NCBI GenBank assembly: GCA_965153285.1 | Contig: OZ229111.1 | DNA: 64,000 nucleotides | Strand: one strand, 5' to 3' | DNA from: Podarcis tiliguerta | Lineage: Eukaryota | Part shown: in pieces, positions 13,928 to 24,759 of the stretch | Layout of the letters: each line of letters starts with the position of its first letter | How positions within the stretch are numbered: position 1 is the first letter of the stretch | The notes under the pieces: generated by a model | The model's input: only the letters and a program-made list of their open reading frames with translations | Told to the model about the DNA's origin: nothing | Database searches by the model: none | Translations under genes and position numbers: made by a program

Positions 13928-14104
13928 TTCCAGGCACAGGTCTGTGTTTTAAAGCTCCCTTGTCCAAGCACTTTTCTTTTCTTTTCTTTCTTTTTTGCCC
14001 TAGAACTTTCCCCACAAAAACCCACTCTCTACCGCTAAATCAGAGCAAATAGCAATCTATGGAATAGATGAACTGCCATTTGTTCCAATTCAGCGTTAAA
14101 GAGC
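13928..14104 (+). repeat. Direct copy of 15823-15998 (internal part of a Harbinger-type MITE, lacking its ends)
   Basis: About 175 nt of highly similar sequence 1.9 kb apart. Confidence 0.85.
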
Positions 14105-14737
14105 TCAGAGTTAAGGCTCAGAGATCAGGAGACGCCCAAGGTCACAGTGTGATGTTTTTGAACCCAGGTCTCCCTTGCCAAAGCTGAACACCCTGGCCCG
14201 CCATGTTACTCGCTCACATACACAACTTATTTTCTCAGACTTGAGTACTAGCCATGAAGTTTCCAATAAAATGCAGAGATACGCCAATACTTCACTGGGA
14301 TAACAGGGACATCAAAAAGCAGGAGCGAAATTTGCTGCCATACACCAAAGGGATTTCACAATGGACAATATAATAGAGCCCCCCCCCCCTGCTCCTATTC
14401 AGCAGCAGGAATTCTCTACAGTCTATCTTGTAAACCATTTACTGTTTGAAAACTACCTTTAAAATTCACAGATGATTAAATAAAATTGTGACATAAAAGT
14501 AGACCATTTCCTTTCCTGTTGTAATGGAACACATAGATTTTCGCTGAGTAGTCATCGCTTTTGGTGACAAATCTCACATTTCTACCGGTTGTCAGGCTGA
14601 TGATACCTTCAGTTAATCTTTTTATTTTCTTTTTTAAATATCAGCTTCACGTTTCAGTAGGAAATTAAGACTACCATACCTTTGCCTCTGAAGGTGATAA
14701 TTTCTCACTCACTCACTCTGTCTGTCTGTCTCTCTCC

Positions 14738-14772
<35 letters not shown>

Positions 14773-15680
14773 CCTTTGCATTTATATAGCAAACTGCAAG
14801 TTCCTAGCAAAAAAGGTGTAGAAGAAATCAAGTTCTATACTGTCATACCGGGACAAACAGATGAAAATATTTTAAGTTGTTTAACGCATGATGCTAAATT
14901 TAGCCCCATATTCCAGGCATAAACTAGGACCCTTGGAAGGGAGGCAGAGGGGGCTGCACAATAACCTATCTCAAAACCCCATGCCTTATCAGCTGTCAGA
15001 TGTTTAAGGGGATTGCCAAAAGACAAAGGGGGTGGTGAGCCCGGGAAGAAGAGAAGCCCTTTGGTTGGTTCGCCAGCCAGACGGACGGTGGGATATGAAT
15101 GGAGTAAAGGAAAGCAGAAATGTGAATGAGCCAGAGGACGAGATGAATGGTGCTGAAGGCTGCGGAGTCTTAACAAGGGGCAAGACAGCAAAGGGAAAGC
15201 TGAATGGGGAGAGGAGTGAAAGATGCTCCTTGAATGGAAGGCTAAAGGCGAGAGAGGCTAAATGAAGCAGACGGGAAGCAGAATGGTACAAAGTACAACC
15301 GCAGGGACAGAGTGGCATCCCACATCACTCGACATGGTTTTCAAAAGAGCGGTGAGCAACACAGCGTGAACCTTAATCCAGGAGCAAGAAAAGCTGTCTG
15401 CGACAGACTGTGTTCGGGTCTTAGAGAGACCCCCCCTCTTAATCCCTTCATGTCGGGCACCTTCTCTGCTCTCCGCCACCGAGTTCTCATGAACTCTTGA
15501 GCAAACACAGCCTCCAGTGAACTTGGGGCAAAATCCTCATTCACCAAGAGGACAACAAAAAGGCTCAGTGGCAACACAACACACACACAAGAAGAAGCAA
15601 AGGCCCAGGAGAAGTTCCCGGCCTGCTCTTCAGCAGCCATGCCTACATAGATGTAAACATGACTAAATACAGCACTTGCT

Positions 15681-16168
15681 TATTATTATGTTTACTTTCA
15701 TATCCCACCTTTCCTTCAAGGAGCTCAAGATGGTGTACCTGGTCCCCCCCCCCCAATTTTTATTATTACAGCAACCCTGTGAGGTAGGTTAGGGCTCATC
15801 CAGACATCCTTTCGTGCTGCACTTCCAGGCACAGGTCTGTGATTTAAAGCTCCCTTGTCCAAGCACTTTTCTTTTCTTTCTTTCTTTTTTGCCCCAGAAC
15901 TTTCCCCACAAAAACCCGTTCTCTACCGCTAAATCAGAGCAAATAGCAATCTATGGAAAAGCCGAATTGCCATTTGTTCCAATTCAGCATTAAAGAGCAG
16001 GTTTTCCTGTGAACTTAGGAAGCGCAGGCCAAAAGGTACGTGTAGATGTGCCCCTTAGGCTGGGAGACTGTGACTGGCCCAAGGTGAGCTAGCTTTATGG
16101 CTTGGTAGCGATTTGAATGCTGGTCTCCCAGGTCTTAGTCCAGCACTCTAACTATTACAACACACTGG
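15681..16168 (-). mobile_element. Old MIR/Squam3-like SINE interrupted by a MITE
   Basis: CAACCCTGTGAGGTAGGTTA|GGCTGGGAGACTGTGACTGGCCCAAGG is continuous across the insert; tRNA-like head near 16110-16168. Confidence 0.6.
15792..16054. mobile_element. PIF/Harbinger-type MITE
   Basis: Imperfect TIRs GGGCTCATCCAGAC / GTGTAGATGTGCCC, flanked by TTA on both sides (TWA TSD). Confidence 0.7.
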
Positions 16169-16903
16169 ATCTCAAAGTTTACAAGGCTTGCCACCGCATA
16201 AACATGGGATTAGTGCACTACTCAACATTCATGGCAGTCACTGGGCAGGGGCGGGGGGGAAGCAAAGAAAAAAGCAGAGGAAATGGGACTCCAGAAATAT
16301 TTGATGTGGAAAAATACAATTTAGCATTAATAAAATGCTTGAGTGCTTCTCCTATAGGTACATCTGTACCTCTAGAATTATATCCCTGAGGGAGGCATCC
16401 CTGATAGCTTTTCTTTTTTTATACAAGATGTGAGATGGCACACAGCAGGGACTTAATGGTGGTTGCACCAATTTACTTCCTATGTATAGATCATGGGATT
16501 GCCTCCTGCTTCTTACATAACTTTTGCTGCTTGTTTAATACAGTTCTTTGCTCATTCCCACCCTGAGGCTTCAGCTGGGTTTGTCACTGATTTGGATGTA
16601 GGGCTCCATTTATACCACAATCCAATATATGTCAGAAGTAAGTTCTATTGAGGACTTAACTCTCGCTTAACAGCATATAGGACTGAAGCCTGGGGGTTGA
16701 AGTAGGCAGTCAATGTGTTTGGTGTTTCCTGTTTGCACTGAGCTTCTAGCTAATCTATATCTAGCAATTGCACATATTGTGCTAAATTTTTTAAGGTTTT
16801 ATTTACAGGCAATTTTATTATTTGTTCCAACTATTCTAGTCAGAATATCCCTCAAATCAAACCAAACTCTCTAGAATCAAATGGAAACAACTCATGGTCA
16901 GTA

Positions 16904-17269
16904 CAGTGGTGCCCCGCAAGACGAATGCCTCGCAAGATGGAAAACCCGCAAGACGAAAGGGTTTTCCGTTTTCAGAGGCGCTTCGCAAGACGAATTTCCC
17001 TATGGGCTTGCTTCGCAAGACGAAAATGACAAAATTTTTTGAGCTTTCTTTTCGCTCCCCAACCCCTTTTTCTGAAGCGCTAAGCTGCTAATAGCCTTTT
17101 AGCAGCTAAACCGCTAATCCCTTAAGCCTTAAAAAGCCGTTAATAGCCCTTAAACTGCCAATAGCGCTAATAGCGCTAATCCGCTAATGGGCTTGCTTTG
17201 CAAGACGAAAAAACCGCAAGACGAAAAGACTCGCGGAACGGATTCTTTTCGTCTTGCGAGGCACCACTG
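16904..17269. mobile_element. Tc1/mariner (Tigger/pogo-like) MITE, family 2
   Basis: TIRs CAGTGGTGCCCCGCAAGACGAA / TTCGTCTTGCGAGGCACCACTG, TA on both sides, repeated GCAAGACGAA subterminal motifs. Confidence 0.9.
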
Positions 17270-17271
17270 TA

Positions 17272-18274
17272 CAGTGGTACTTCGGGTTGCATACGCTTCA
17301 GGTTACATACACTTCAGGTTACAAACTCCGCTAACCCAAAAATAGTGCTTCAGGTTAAGAACTTTGCTTCAGGATAAGAACAGAAATCGTGCTCCAGCGG
17401 CGCAGCGGCAGCAGGAGGCCCCATTAGCTAAAGTGGTGCTTCAGGTTAAGAACAGTTTCAGGTTAAGCCACTTCCGAACTCGAGAGGAGGGGGGGTTGCG
17501 GGCCACCCCCTCCCACACACGCGGGGGCTCGTTTTAGCCCCCTCGAGAAGAGGGAATCCCTGGGCGTGTCTGCGACCCGACCTGCCAATCAGCAGGCAGG
17601 GGAGGCATGGCCTAGCCCATTTAAGGCCGGCGCGCCTGGGGACCGCCCTCTTTGCCCCGTTTCAGCTGCCCGGTTTTCCCATCCCACCCACCCTTTAGGC
17701 TTAGCTAGCTTTGACCTTGCTATGGACTCCGGTTGGTCGCCGCAAGGGGCCTGGTAGGAATTTTTCCAACTTGGCGCACTTCCAGCCTTTTGGTTTTTTC
17801 GCCTACCTCGTAGCAAACGTCACAACCTCTTTGGTATTGGCGGTTAGGCATTGGCAGGGGTTAATTGTTATGCAAATGAAGGGGGGAAGGAAGCGCCATC
17901 ACCTTCCACCAATCAAAAGGGTAGCCCAGTAGAGGACTCCGGGGTTGGGCGTTGCCCTGTCCGAAACCTAGGGAGGTGAGACCCACAGGCACGCCCCCGA
18001 GCGGTGACACCCGTGGGATCCTAGTTGGCGTACTTCAACAGGACTCCCACGGCTGGTGGATAACCCTTCCCGGTCCCCATGCCGGGTAGTCAATAGGAGC
18101 CAATGCCTAAGGCCAATACCTTCCAATACCTGTAATCAATAAAGTTGTGGTCTTTTTATGCCCATTAACCTTAAATATGTGTCCAGTGTCTTCATTTCAC
18201 TTGGGGGGAGGGGACTCGCCAGGCAAAGAACAGACCTCCGGAACGAATTAAGTACTTAACCCAAGGTACCACTG
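17272..18274. mobile_element. Tc1/mariner MITE, family 1, split by a 758-bp insertion
   Basis: TA-CAGTGGTAC...GTACCACTG-TA; both halves match the intact copies at 31633-31874 and 40813-41051. Confidence 0.92.
17468..18225 (+). mobile_element. LTR-like insertion, possibly a solo terminal repeat or non-autonomous tyrosine-recombinase (DIRS/Ngaro-like) retroelement
   Basis: Interrupts the MITE at GGTTAAG|AAC with AAG on both sides; CpG-rich; CCAAT (~17585), CATTTAAGG (~17619), AATAAA (18138-18143); no TG start and no 4-6 bp TSD. The insertion is certain, the class is inferred. Confidence 0.7.
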
Positions 18275-19099
18275 TATCTGCACTTTGCTGCCCCTTACAA
18301 AATGCTCACATGAACTGGTTCTATCTCAGGAAGAAGAAAACAGAATCTTGTTTTAATAGACAGCAGCAACAAAATGTAAAAATGTTTGCAACTCAAACTG
18401 TTGATCCATGGGGCTGATACTGACCCTCTGGAGGTTTTTTTGGACGCTTTCTACAGGTATCTACAGGATGCAGGAAATACAATGCCAAGCAATGGTTATT
18501 TTAATTGAGGGCAGGACAGAATAGCAGGAAGAAGAAGAAACGGAAGGGCATGGGGACTAGGGAGGAACTCCAGAAGGCACACACTGCAGAAACTGACAAG
18601 GCACAATAGGGTAGCTTCAGAGGCAAGGCAAGCCAACTAGGAAATCATAATTGCAAATGTAACGGATTCTTGGTTTTCCATCTGCCAGTCTGGGCATAAA
18701 GATATCATCTTACACAGGAAGCACAGAGCAACCAGAGAGACAGAAAATAGAAGAGGAATTATTATTGTCAGCTCTGAAAATGAAGAAAGGTTCTGGCTGT
18801 GCACCTCCTTATGGTAATTTGCAAAATGAATAATGAGATAAATCAGGTCGCGGGAACGCATACTTTAAAAAAGGGGGGGGGGATCTGAACGAGAAGCAAG
18901 CAAGATATTTTGCAACACCTGCCTCTTTAACAAGTGGTCTTTAGAAACCAACATTATAAAGGTGTTGAAGAAATTCTGATGGGGGGGGGCATTACAACAT
19001 TTGAAATGAAGGTAATACACACTGCCGTCAAAATACACCCACATCCACCCACACTGGTAGGACCATTAAATTCAGAGTCCAAGATGACCTTAACTGCAT

Positions 19100-19630
19100 C
19101 ATCACCATCATCATCATCATTTTATCTATGCCCTGCCTTTTCCCCTCACATGATTCAAGGAAGCTTGCAGATAAAAAATAAGAGCCGCTAAAAACATTGA
19201 AAAAACAATAATTAAAAAACAATTCAACATAGATAGATAGTTTTAATTCTATCTATAGAAATCAGTTGAAACGATACACATAATTACAATAAAAAAAGCA
19301 CAGTACCAGCTTTTTCATTATAAAAGCAGCTCCCTGTTGGACAAATAAAGTATTCACCTGTTGGAAGGTGGACAACAAGGAAGGAGCCAATTTGGCTTCT
19401 CTAGGGAGGGAGTTCCAAAGTCTGGGAGCAGACACCAAAAAGACCCTCTCTTGTGTCCACCTCCAAGCATGCAGGTGAGGGTGGCAGGACCAAGAGAAGA
19501 GCCTCCCCCAAAAGAACTCAAAACCCAGGCAAGTTCATATGAGGAAATACAGTCCTTTGAATAGCTTCGCCCTAAGTCATATACAGCTTTAGAGGTCAAA
19601 AGCAGCACTCTGAATCGCGCCTGGAAACAG
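19100..19630 (-). mobile_element. Old L2 LINE 3' remnant
   Basis: GGGAGGGAGTTCCAAAGTCTGGGAGCAG..AAAAGACCCTCTC and TATACAGCTTTAGAGGTCAAAAGCAGCACTCTGAAT resemble the antisense L2 ORF2 end. Confidence 0.55.
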
Positions 19631-20149
19631 ACCGTTGACTAGTTATGCAATATGCAGACAGGTTCTAGGGCGCTTCATAGCGTGCTTCTAGAGAGAAGAA
19701 AAAGAGTGCCCCATCTCCTCAAGCAGGACCCTGGTTCATAGGAGTCCCAGGAAAGTCAAGGTCATTCCCACTTCAAAATCAAGTTATAATAAATAAAATC
19801 CAGTTATAATATTTTGGCCTAGTCTGTACAGGATATTTCCGTTCCACCTTAAAAAGGGAGCAGGCCGTTGTGTGTCACAAGCCTGTTGTGTGTCACAAGC
19901 CTGCGTACTTCCTCACAAAGGTTCACAAAGAGTGTTGAGTACAATCCTAAGTGGGGGGGAAATGTGGGGTGTGGACCCACATGTCAGAACCAAAGATTCT
20001 CATGTGCTTGACGTAAGGTTTCTTACCAAACATCTTCTCATAGGGAGTATAACCAATAGGTGATGACAGTCTCCTATTATAGGAATAATCGAACGTGGAC
20101 ATGGGGAACATACTGAAGAGAATTCTTGGCTCAGTGGAAGTGCATGCCT

Positions 20150-20298
20150 CACTAATTGAGTTGGTTAGAGGATGGTGCTAACAACACCAAGGTTGCAGGT
20201 TTGATCCCCGTACAGGGCAGCTGCATATTCCTGCATTGCAGAGGTTGGACTAGATGATCCTCAGAGTCCCTTCCAACTCTACGCTTCTATGATTCCAT
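20150..20298 (+). mobile_element. tRNA-Ile-derived SINE with CR1 tail
   Basis: AGTTGGTTAGAG..TGGTGCTAACAACACCAAGGTTGCAGGTTTGATCCCCGTAC followed by TTCCTGCATTGCAG...TTCTATGATTCCATG. Confidence 0.85.
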
Positions 20299-20976
20299 GC
20301 TTTTCAGGCAGAAGGACCCAGGTTCAATCCCTAGCATCTCCAGCTACTCCAAAATCTAGATGACTCACGGAGAAGTTCATGCGTCCACGACTACCGCAAA
20401 TCACATAGCTCAGCTGATCTTCTTGTGCAAAAGAAAAGAAAAAAGCAGTGGGGAATTGAGAGAGTTTCAGCGGGCTCTTCACAACATTTTACTAGTGGGC
20501 AAACATTTACTGAGCTAGCAAATAAAAGGAGGCGGAGAGCATGAAAAACAATTCAGGATCCGGGAAGGAATAATTAGGGTGTGAAGTCTTCTGAATGACG
20601 GGTCCCAAAGGTGTTTAATATACGGGAATGGAAGCAGTGCAGCCAACAAATACAAAGAAGGAGACGGAGATGTACTGGGGTGCGTTGGGGGGCAAATCAG
20701 TGAGCAGAGGGGTTGAGAGGAAGGCAGGCAAGAGATAACCAGCTGGGAAGGGAGGAAAAGGAAGCCCAGGGCAAAGGCAACTGAGTTACAACTAGTGGGG
20801 TTTAGTGGATACGCAACTGGGCACCAATGGTTGGCCAGGTCATGCACTGCCCAAAGCCCCTCTACCAGCCCAGCTGAGATCACCCCAGTCTGCCACAGGC
20901 TCTGCAGCATGGCCTGGGGCCAAATTCCTGCCACTGAATAACTTTGGGCTTTTAGTCCTCTCTATGTGACCTCACA

Positions 20977-21328
20977 GGGACGCGGGTGGCGCTGTGGGTT
21001 AAACCACAGAGCCTAGGGCTTGCCAATAAGAAGGTCGGTGATTCGAATCCCCGCAATGGGGTGAGCTCCTGTCTCTCGGTCCCTGCTCCTGCCAACCTAG
21101 CAGTTCGAAAGCATGTCAAAGTGCAAGTAGATAAATAGGTACTGCTCCGGCGGGAATGTACATGGCGTTTCCGTGCGCTGCTCTGGTTCGCCAGAAGCGG
21201 CTTAGTCATTCTGACTGCATGACCCGGAAGCTGTACGCCGGCTTCCTCGGCCAATAAAGTGAGATGAGCACCGCAACCCCAGAGTCGGTCACGACTGGAC
21301 CTAACGGTCAGGGGTCCCTTTACCTTTA
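20977..21328 (+). mobile_element. Sauria SINE, subfamily C
   Basis: Full-length head and core, CCTTTACCTTTA tail, decayed TSD. Confidence 0.93.
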
Positions 21329-22267
21329 CGTGACTTCGCAGCGTTCTTGTAAAGATGAGATATGGTCATCCTGAAGTTTGTAATCTTGATAATACACAAT
21401 ATGTGATGGCATATATCACGGTACATGGAATGATAATTACCCCCCCCCCAAAGTACCCTACTTGTGTAGAGTCTAAAGCGAACGAAAATTTGATAACACG
21501 CACACCTCTCAAACTTGTCATCTGCCTGTACAAGTTGGCACATACAGAGCTCAGGTCAATTACAACCATGCCCACGAAACCCTTCAATTTCAGGGAATTT
21601 CCCAGACATGGTAATGATGGGTTATTTCCTCCCTCCCACCAGAGTCAGTACACAGACAGCAATGCTACGGATATAGATATCTAGATATCATCCCCCACTC
21701 CTTCTGTATCTCAATAGTTCTTTGATAGCAGGTTGAAGTGACAGCGGCAGGTACTGTAGCTTCTAACTGTCTGAGTACGCTAGGAGTATAAAACCAACTA
21801 AAACATTTTGGAACCATGATTCAGCCAAGTAGAGGTGGATTTTATTTTTTCAGAACGGGGAGTTGTGAACACACTTGTCAACCGAAGGAAACTTGTATTG
21901 TCAAGAGAAAGACAGACCAGCCGCTGGCACCTTGTAATGGAGACTGTTGGGTGTTTTTGCAATTGAAAAGGAAATCTCTCTACCCTGACTAATCTCCAAG
22001 GAAGGGCAGCCGAGGTTACAGCAGGTTACCTGGGTCAGATTTTACTTAAGTCTCCCAACTCCCCCATACATTTCTATTTCAGTAGCATTTCAGCATCACT
22101 GGCCAAGTGGGAAAGCGCTGCTTTGAGGAAAGAGAACTCTGGCCTGTGGGGCAACAGCTTTGAAACAAAGGCCTTGGTGGAATGTGGATATGCCAGGCCA
22201 CTACCACACAATATATTCAAAGCACAATGATACCAATTTAAACAGCCATGGCTTCTCCCAAAGAATT

Positions 22268-22519
22268 AATTGGAGAACAGCCTTTACCAAAGGTGTCATG
22301 GACATTGAACATGCTTGAACTCAGGACGAAAGGAAGGAACGTGCTAAGAGGAAGGCACATTTGGCAAACCCTCACCTTGATCAACTCCCGCCCAGAAACG
22401 TATGTCCCCACTGTGGAAGGACGTGTGGATCCAGAATTGGCCTTCACAGTCACTTACAGACTCACTGTTAAGACTGTGTTCATGGAAGACAATCTTACTC
22501 GGCTATGAGTGAAGAAGAA
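22268..22519 (+). mobile_element. RTE-clade LINE 3' end
   Basis: Frame from 22268 reads NWRTAFTKGV...CPHCGRTCGSRIGLHSHLQTHC* (RTE-type C-terminal C2H2 motif, one internal TGA), then a short UTR and (GAA)n tail. Confidence 0.85.
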
Positions 22520-22779
22520 TATACATTTAAAGCACAATGATACCAATTTAAACAGCCATGGCTTCCCCCAAAGAATTTTGGGAAGTAAGGGTGCTGAAAG
22601 TTGTTAGGAGACCCATATTCTCTTCTCAGAACTTCATTTCCCAGAGTTCCCTGAGGGAAGAGGGATTGACTGTTAAACTACTTTGGGAACTGTAGCTTTG
22701 TGAGGAGAATAGGCAGTTAGCAATATCAAAACATAAAAATACACAACATAGTAACAAACAACAACCATACAGCTCCCAG

Positions 22780-23430
22780 AAAGGCCATAGATTGTTTAAT
22801 TAGCCAAAGGTCTAAGAGGAGAAGAATGCTTTTGCCTGGCCGCTAAAGATATGTAACCAAGGCCCCAGGCAAGCTCCCGAAGCTACGGGAAGCCACCGTA
22901 GAAATGGCCCATCGAGGAGGAACATGAAGAAGGGCCTCAGAAGACAATCAAAGGGCCTGGGTTGGGTCATACGGGGAGAGGCAGTCTTGAGCCATTTAAG
23001 ACTTTGTACGTCAAAAACCAGCATTTTGAATTGGCCCCAGAAACCAATTGCTAGCTGGTGAAGTCAGGCCCAGATTGGTGTTATATTCTCAAACTTTCTT
23101 GCGCCCTAGTAAGCAACCTGGGCCCCAAATTCTGCACCAGCCAAAGTTTCCAAACCATCTTGAGAGGCAGCCCCACATATAACATGTTGCAGTAACCTAA
23201 CCTAGAGGCTACAAGAGCATTGATGACAGAAAGTATTATTACTCCTTTCACTTAATTTCTGTACTGTTTTACATTTTTTAAGAAGAAAAAATCTCCAAGT
23301 GGTTTACAATCTAGATTAGGTTATCCCTGTCCAGATAGGGCTGCAGATAAGCCACCATCTAATGTTTGACATCTGATGGGAGGGCATCCCACAGGGCAGG
23401 TGCCACAACCCAAAAGGCCCTCTGCCTTAA
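22780..23430 (-). mobile_element. L2 LINE remnants
   Basis: Antisense RQRAFWVVAPALWDALPSDVK at 23360-23428, and older L2-like sequence (TGTTGCAGTAACCTAACCTAGAGG) at lower coordinates. Confidence 0.55.
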
Positions 23431-24630
23431 CGAACTACAAATCCCAGGATTCTTTGGGGGAAGCAATGCTCTGCCCGTTTGCATTCTGCCTCCAAAGCTT
23501 GAGAGTGCACACCCATGGCAGGGAAGGTGAGAGGAGAGGCCACCGAGGAGAAGAATTCGCATATTTTATTGGGGCTGCCAAAACAACCCTCTCTCTCCAT
23601 TTCCCATCCGTGTTCCTCCTCGTATTGATAATCATTAACTGGAGATGTGAAAAGGAGAGAAAGATGAAAACCCTTCATCTCCTGGAGTGATAGATGGGGC
23701 GCAGGCTGCCTTTTGAGTGGCCACATCTGCTGGAGAGAAACTCTCCTTCTGTCGTTTATTTTCTTCCACTCCTCGCCCCCTCCCACCCTCCGCAGCTCTA
23801 GCCCTATGAAATCTCATGTGCGGGCTTTGTATTGTCATACACCCTCAGGGGTCGGCACAGCAGCCCTGGAACAAAACCTCAAAACAAAACAAAGTAACCT
23901 CATCTTAAATCCTGTCATGCAAACAAGACCCTTTCCCACCCACCACAGCCGCTTATGAATGGAGGCAGACTTGGGGGGGGGGGGACCCTACCCGCCACTG
24001 CCCGGTGGTCTTTTTGTTGCAGACCTTTGCCGTATCAACACAACCCCAAAACAATTCAGACAGAAAACATAAATGCGCCAGTACCAGTGTTACAATGAAA
24101 AGCTTGTGGGAGGGCTGAGTGGGAGGTGGACGTTTAAAAAATAGTAATAAAGAATTTTTTTTTAAAAAAAAAGTAATAAAGTTACAGCATATCGACAGCC
24201 TACAGCGTGTAGGCTTCAGCAGCACATTCAGCAATTGGAGGCCAATACAGAAAGGCACTTGTTCGCATTTGTGGTGGGAGTGTGTAAAATGCAGGGCTTT
24301 CTAGAGCAACACTTAGAGCAAAATTAAAGATGCAGGCTTGAATCCCTACAGAAACTTCCTGAAGTTAATTTACAGAAGTTTGAGGTCCCCCTCCTTTCTC
24401 TGTGCCCTCCCAACCATGTGGGAAGGGGCACAGGAGGGTTTGGGGGGGCACAAATTTACAAAGGCTATCTATGGCTCCCAACCAGGATGGATAGCATAGT
24501 GGGATAGGAGAGCTGAAAACAGTGTCCATATATTTCACATCTGGCAACTAATGTGCCCCTTTGGTTTCAAAGAGAACATGGGTAGAAGAGTCTAAAAGCC
24601 CGGGAACACAAATTCTCACAACCCTCCAGA

Positions 24631-24759
24631 AGCTATGGTGGCTCGTTTACCAGAACCAAGCCTCCTAGACCAACGTATACATTAGGAGGCTTGGTTTGGT
24701 CATACACTTCCAGAGTTAATGCTAAATTCATTGCTTCTGGTAAATGAGCCACCATAGCT
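24631..24759. repeat. Nested inverted repeat
   Basis: Outer 25-bp arms 24631-24655 / 24735-24759 (1 mismatch); inner perfect 14-bp arms 24654-24667 / 24683-24696. Confidence 0.9.

Noticed and set aside
14835-15640. Overlapping minus-strand ORFs (99-118 aa) in TE-free sequence
   Set aside because: No recognisable domain or convincing splice structure; may be regulatory or UTR, but unsupported.
16904-17269. Recurring GCAAGACGAA units resembling a CRISPR or iteron array
   Set aside because: Irregular spacing inside a TIR-bounded eukaryotic MITE; these are subterminal repeats.
18714-18773. 60-nt minus-strand segment with good acceptor and donor, one frame hydrophobic
   Set aside because: Immediate stop in phase 0 and no homology recognised; such splice-site pairs are common by chance in long introns.
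19867-19902. 18-bp tandem duplication
   Set aside because: Ordinary slippage event with no further structure.
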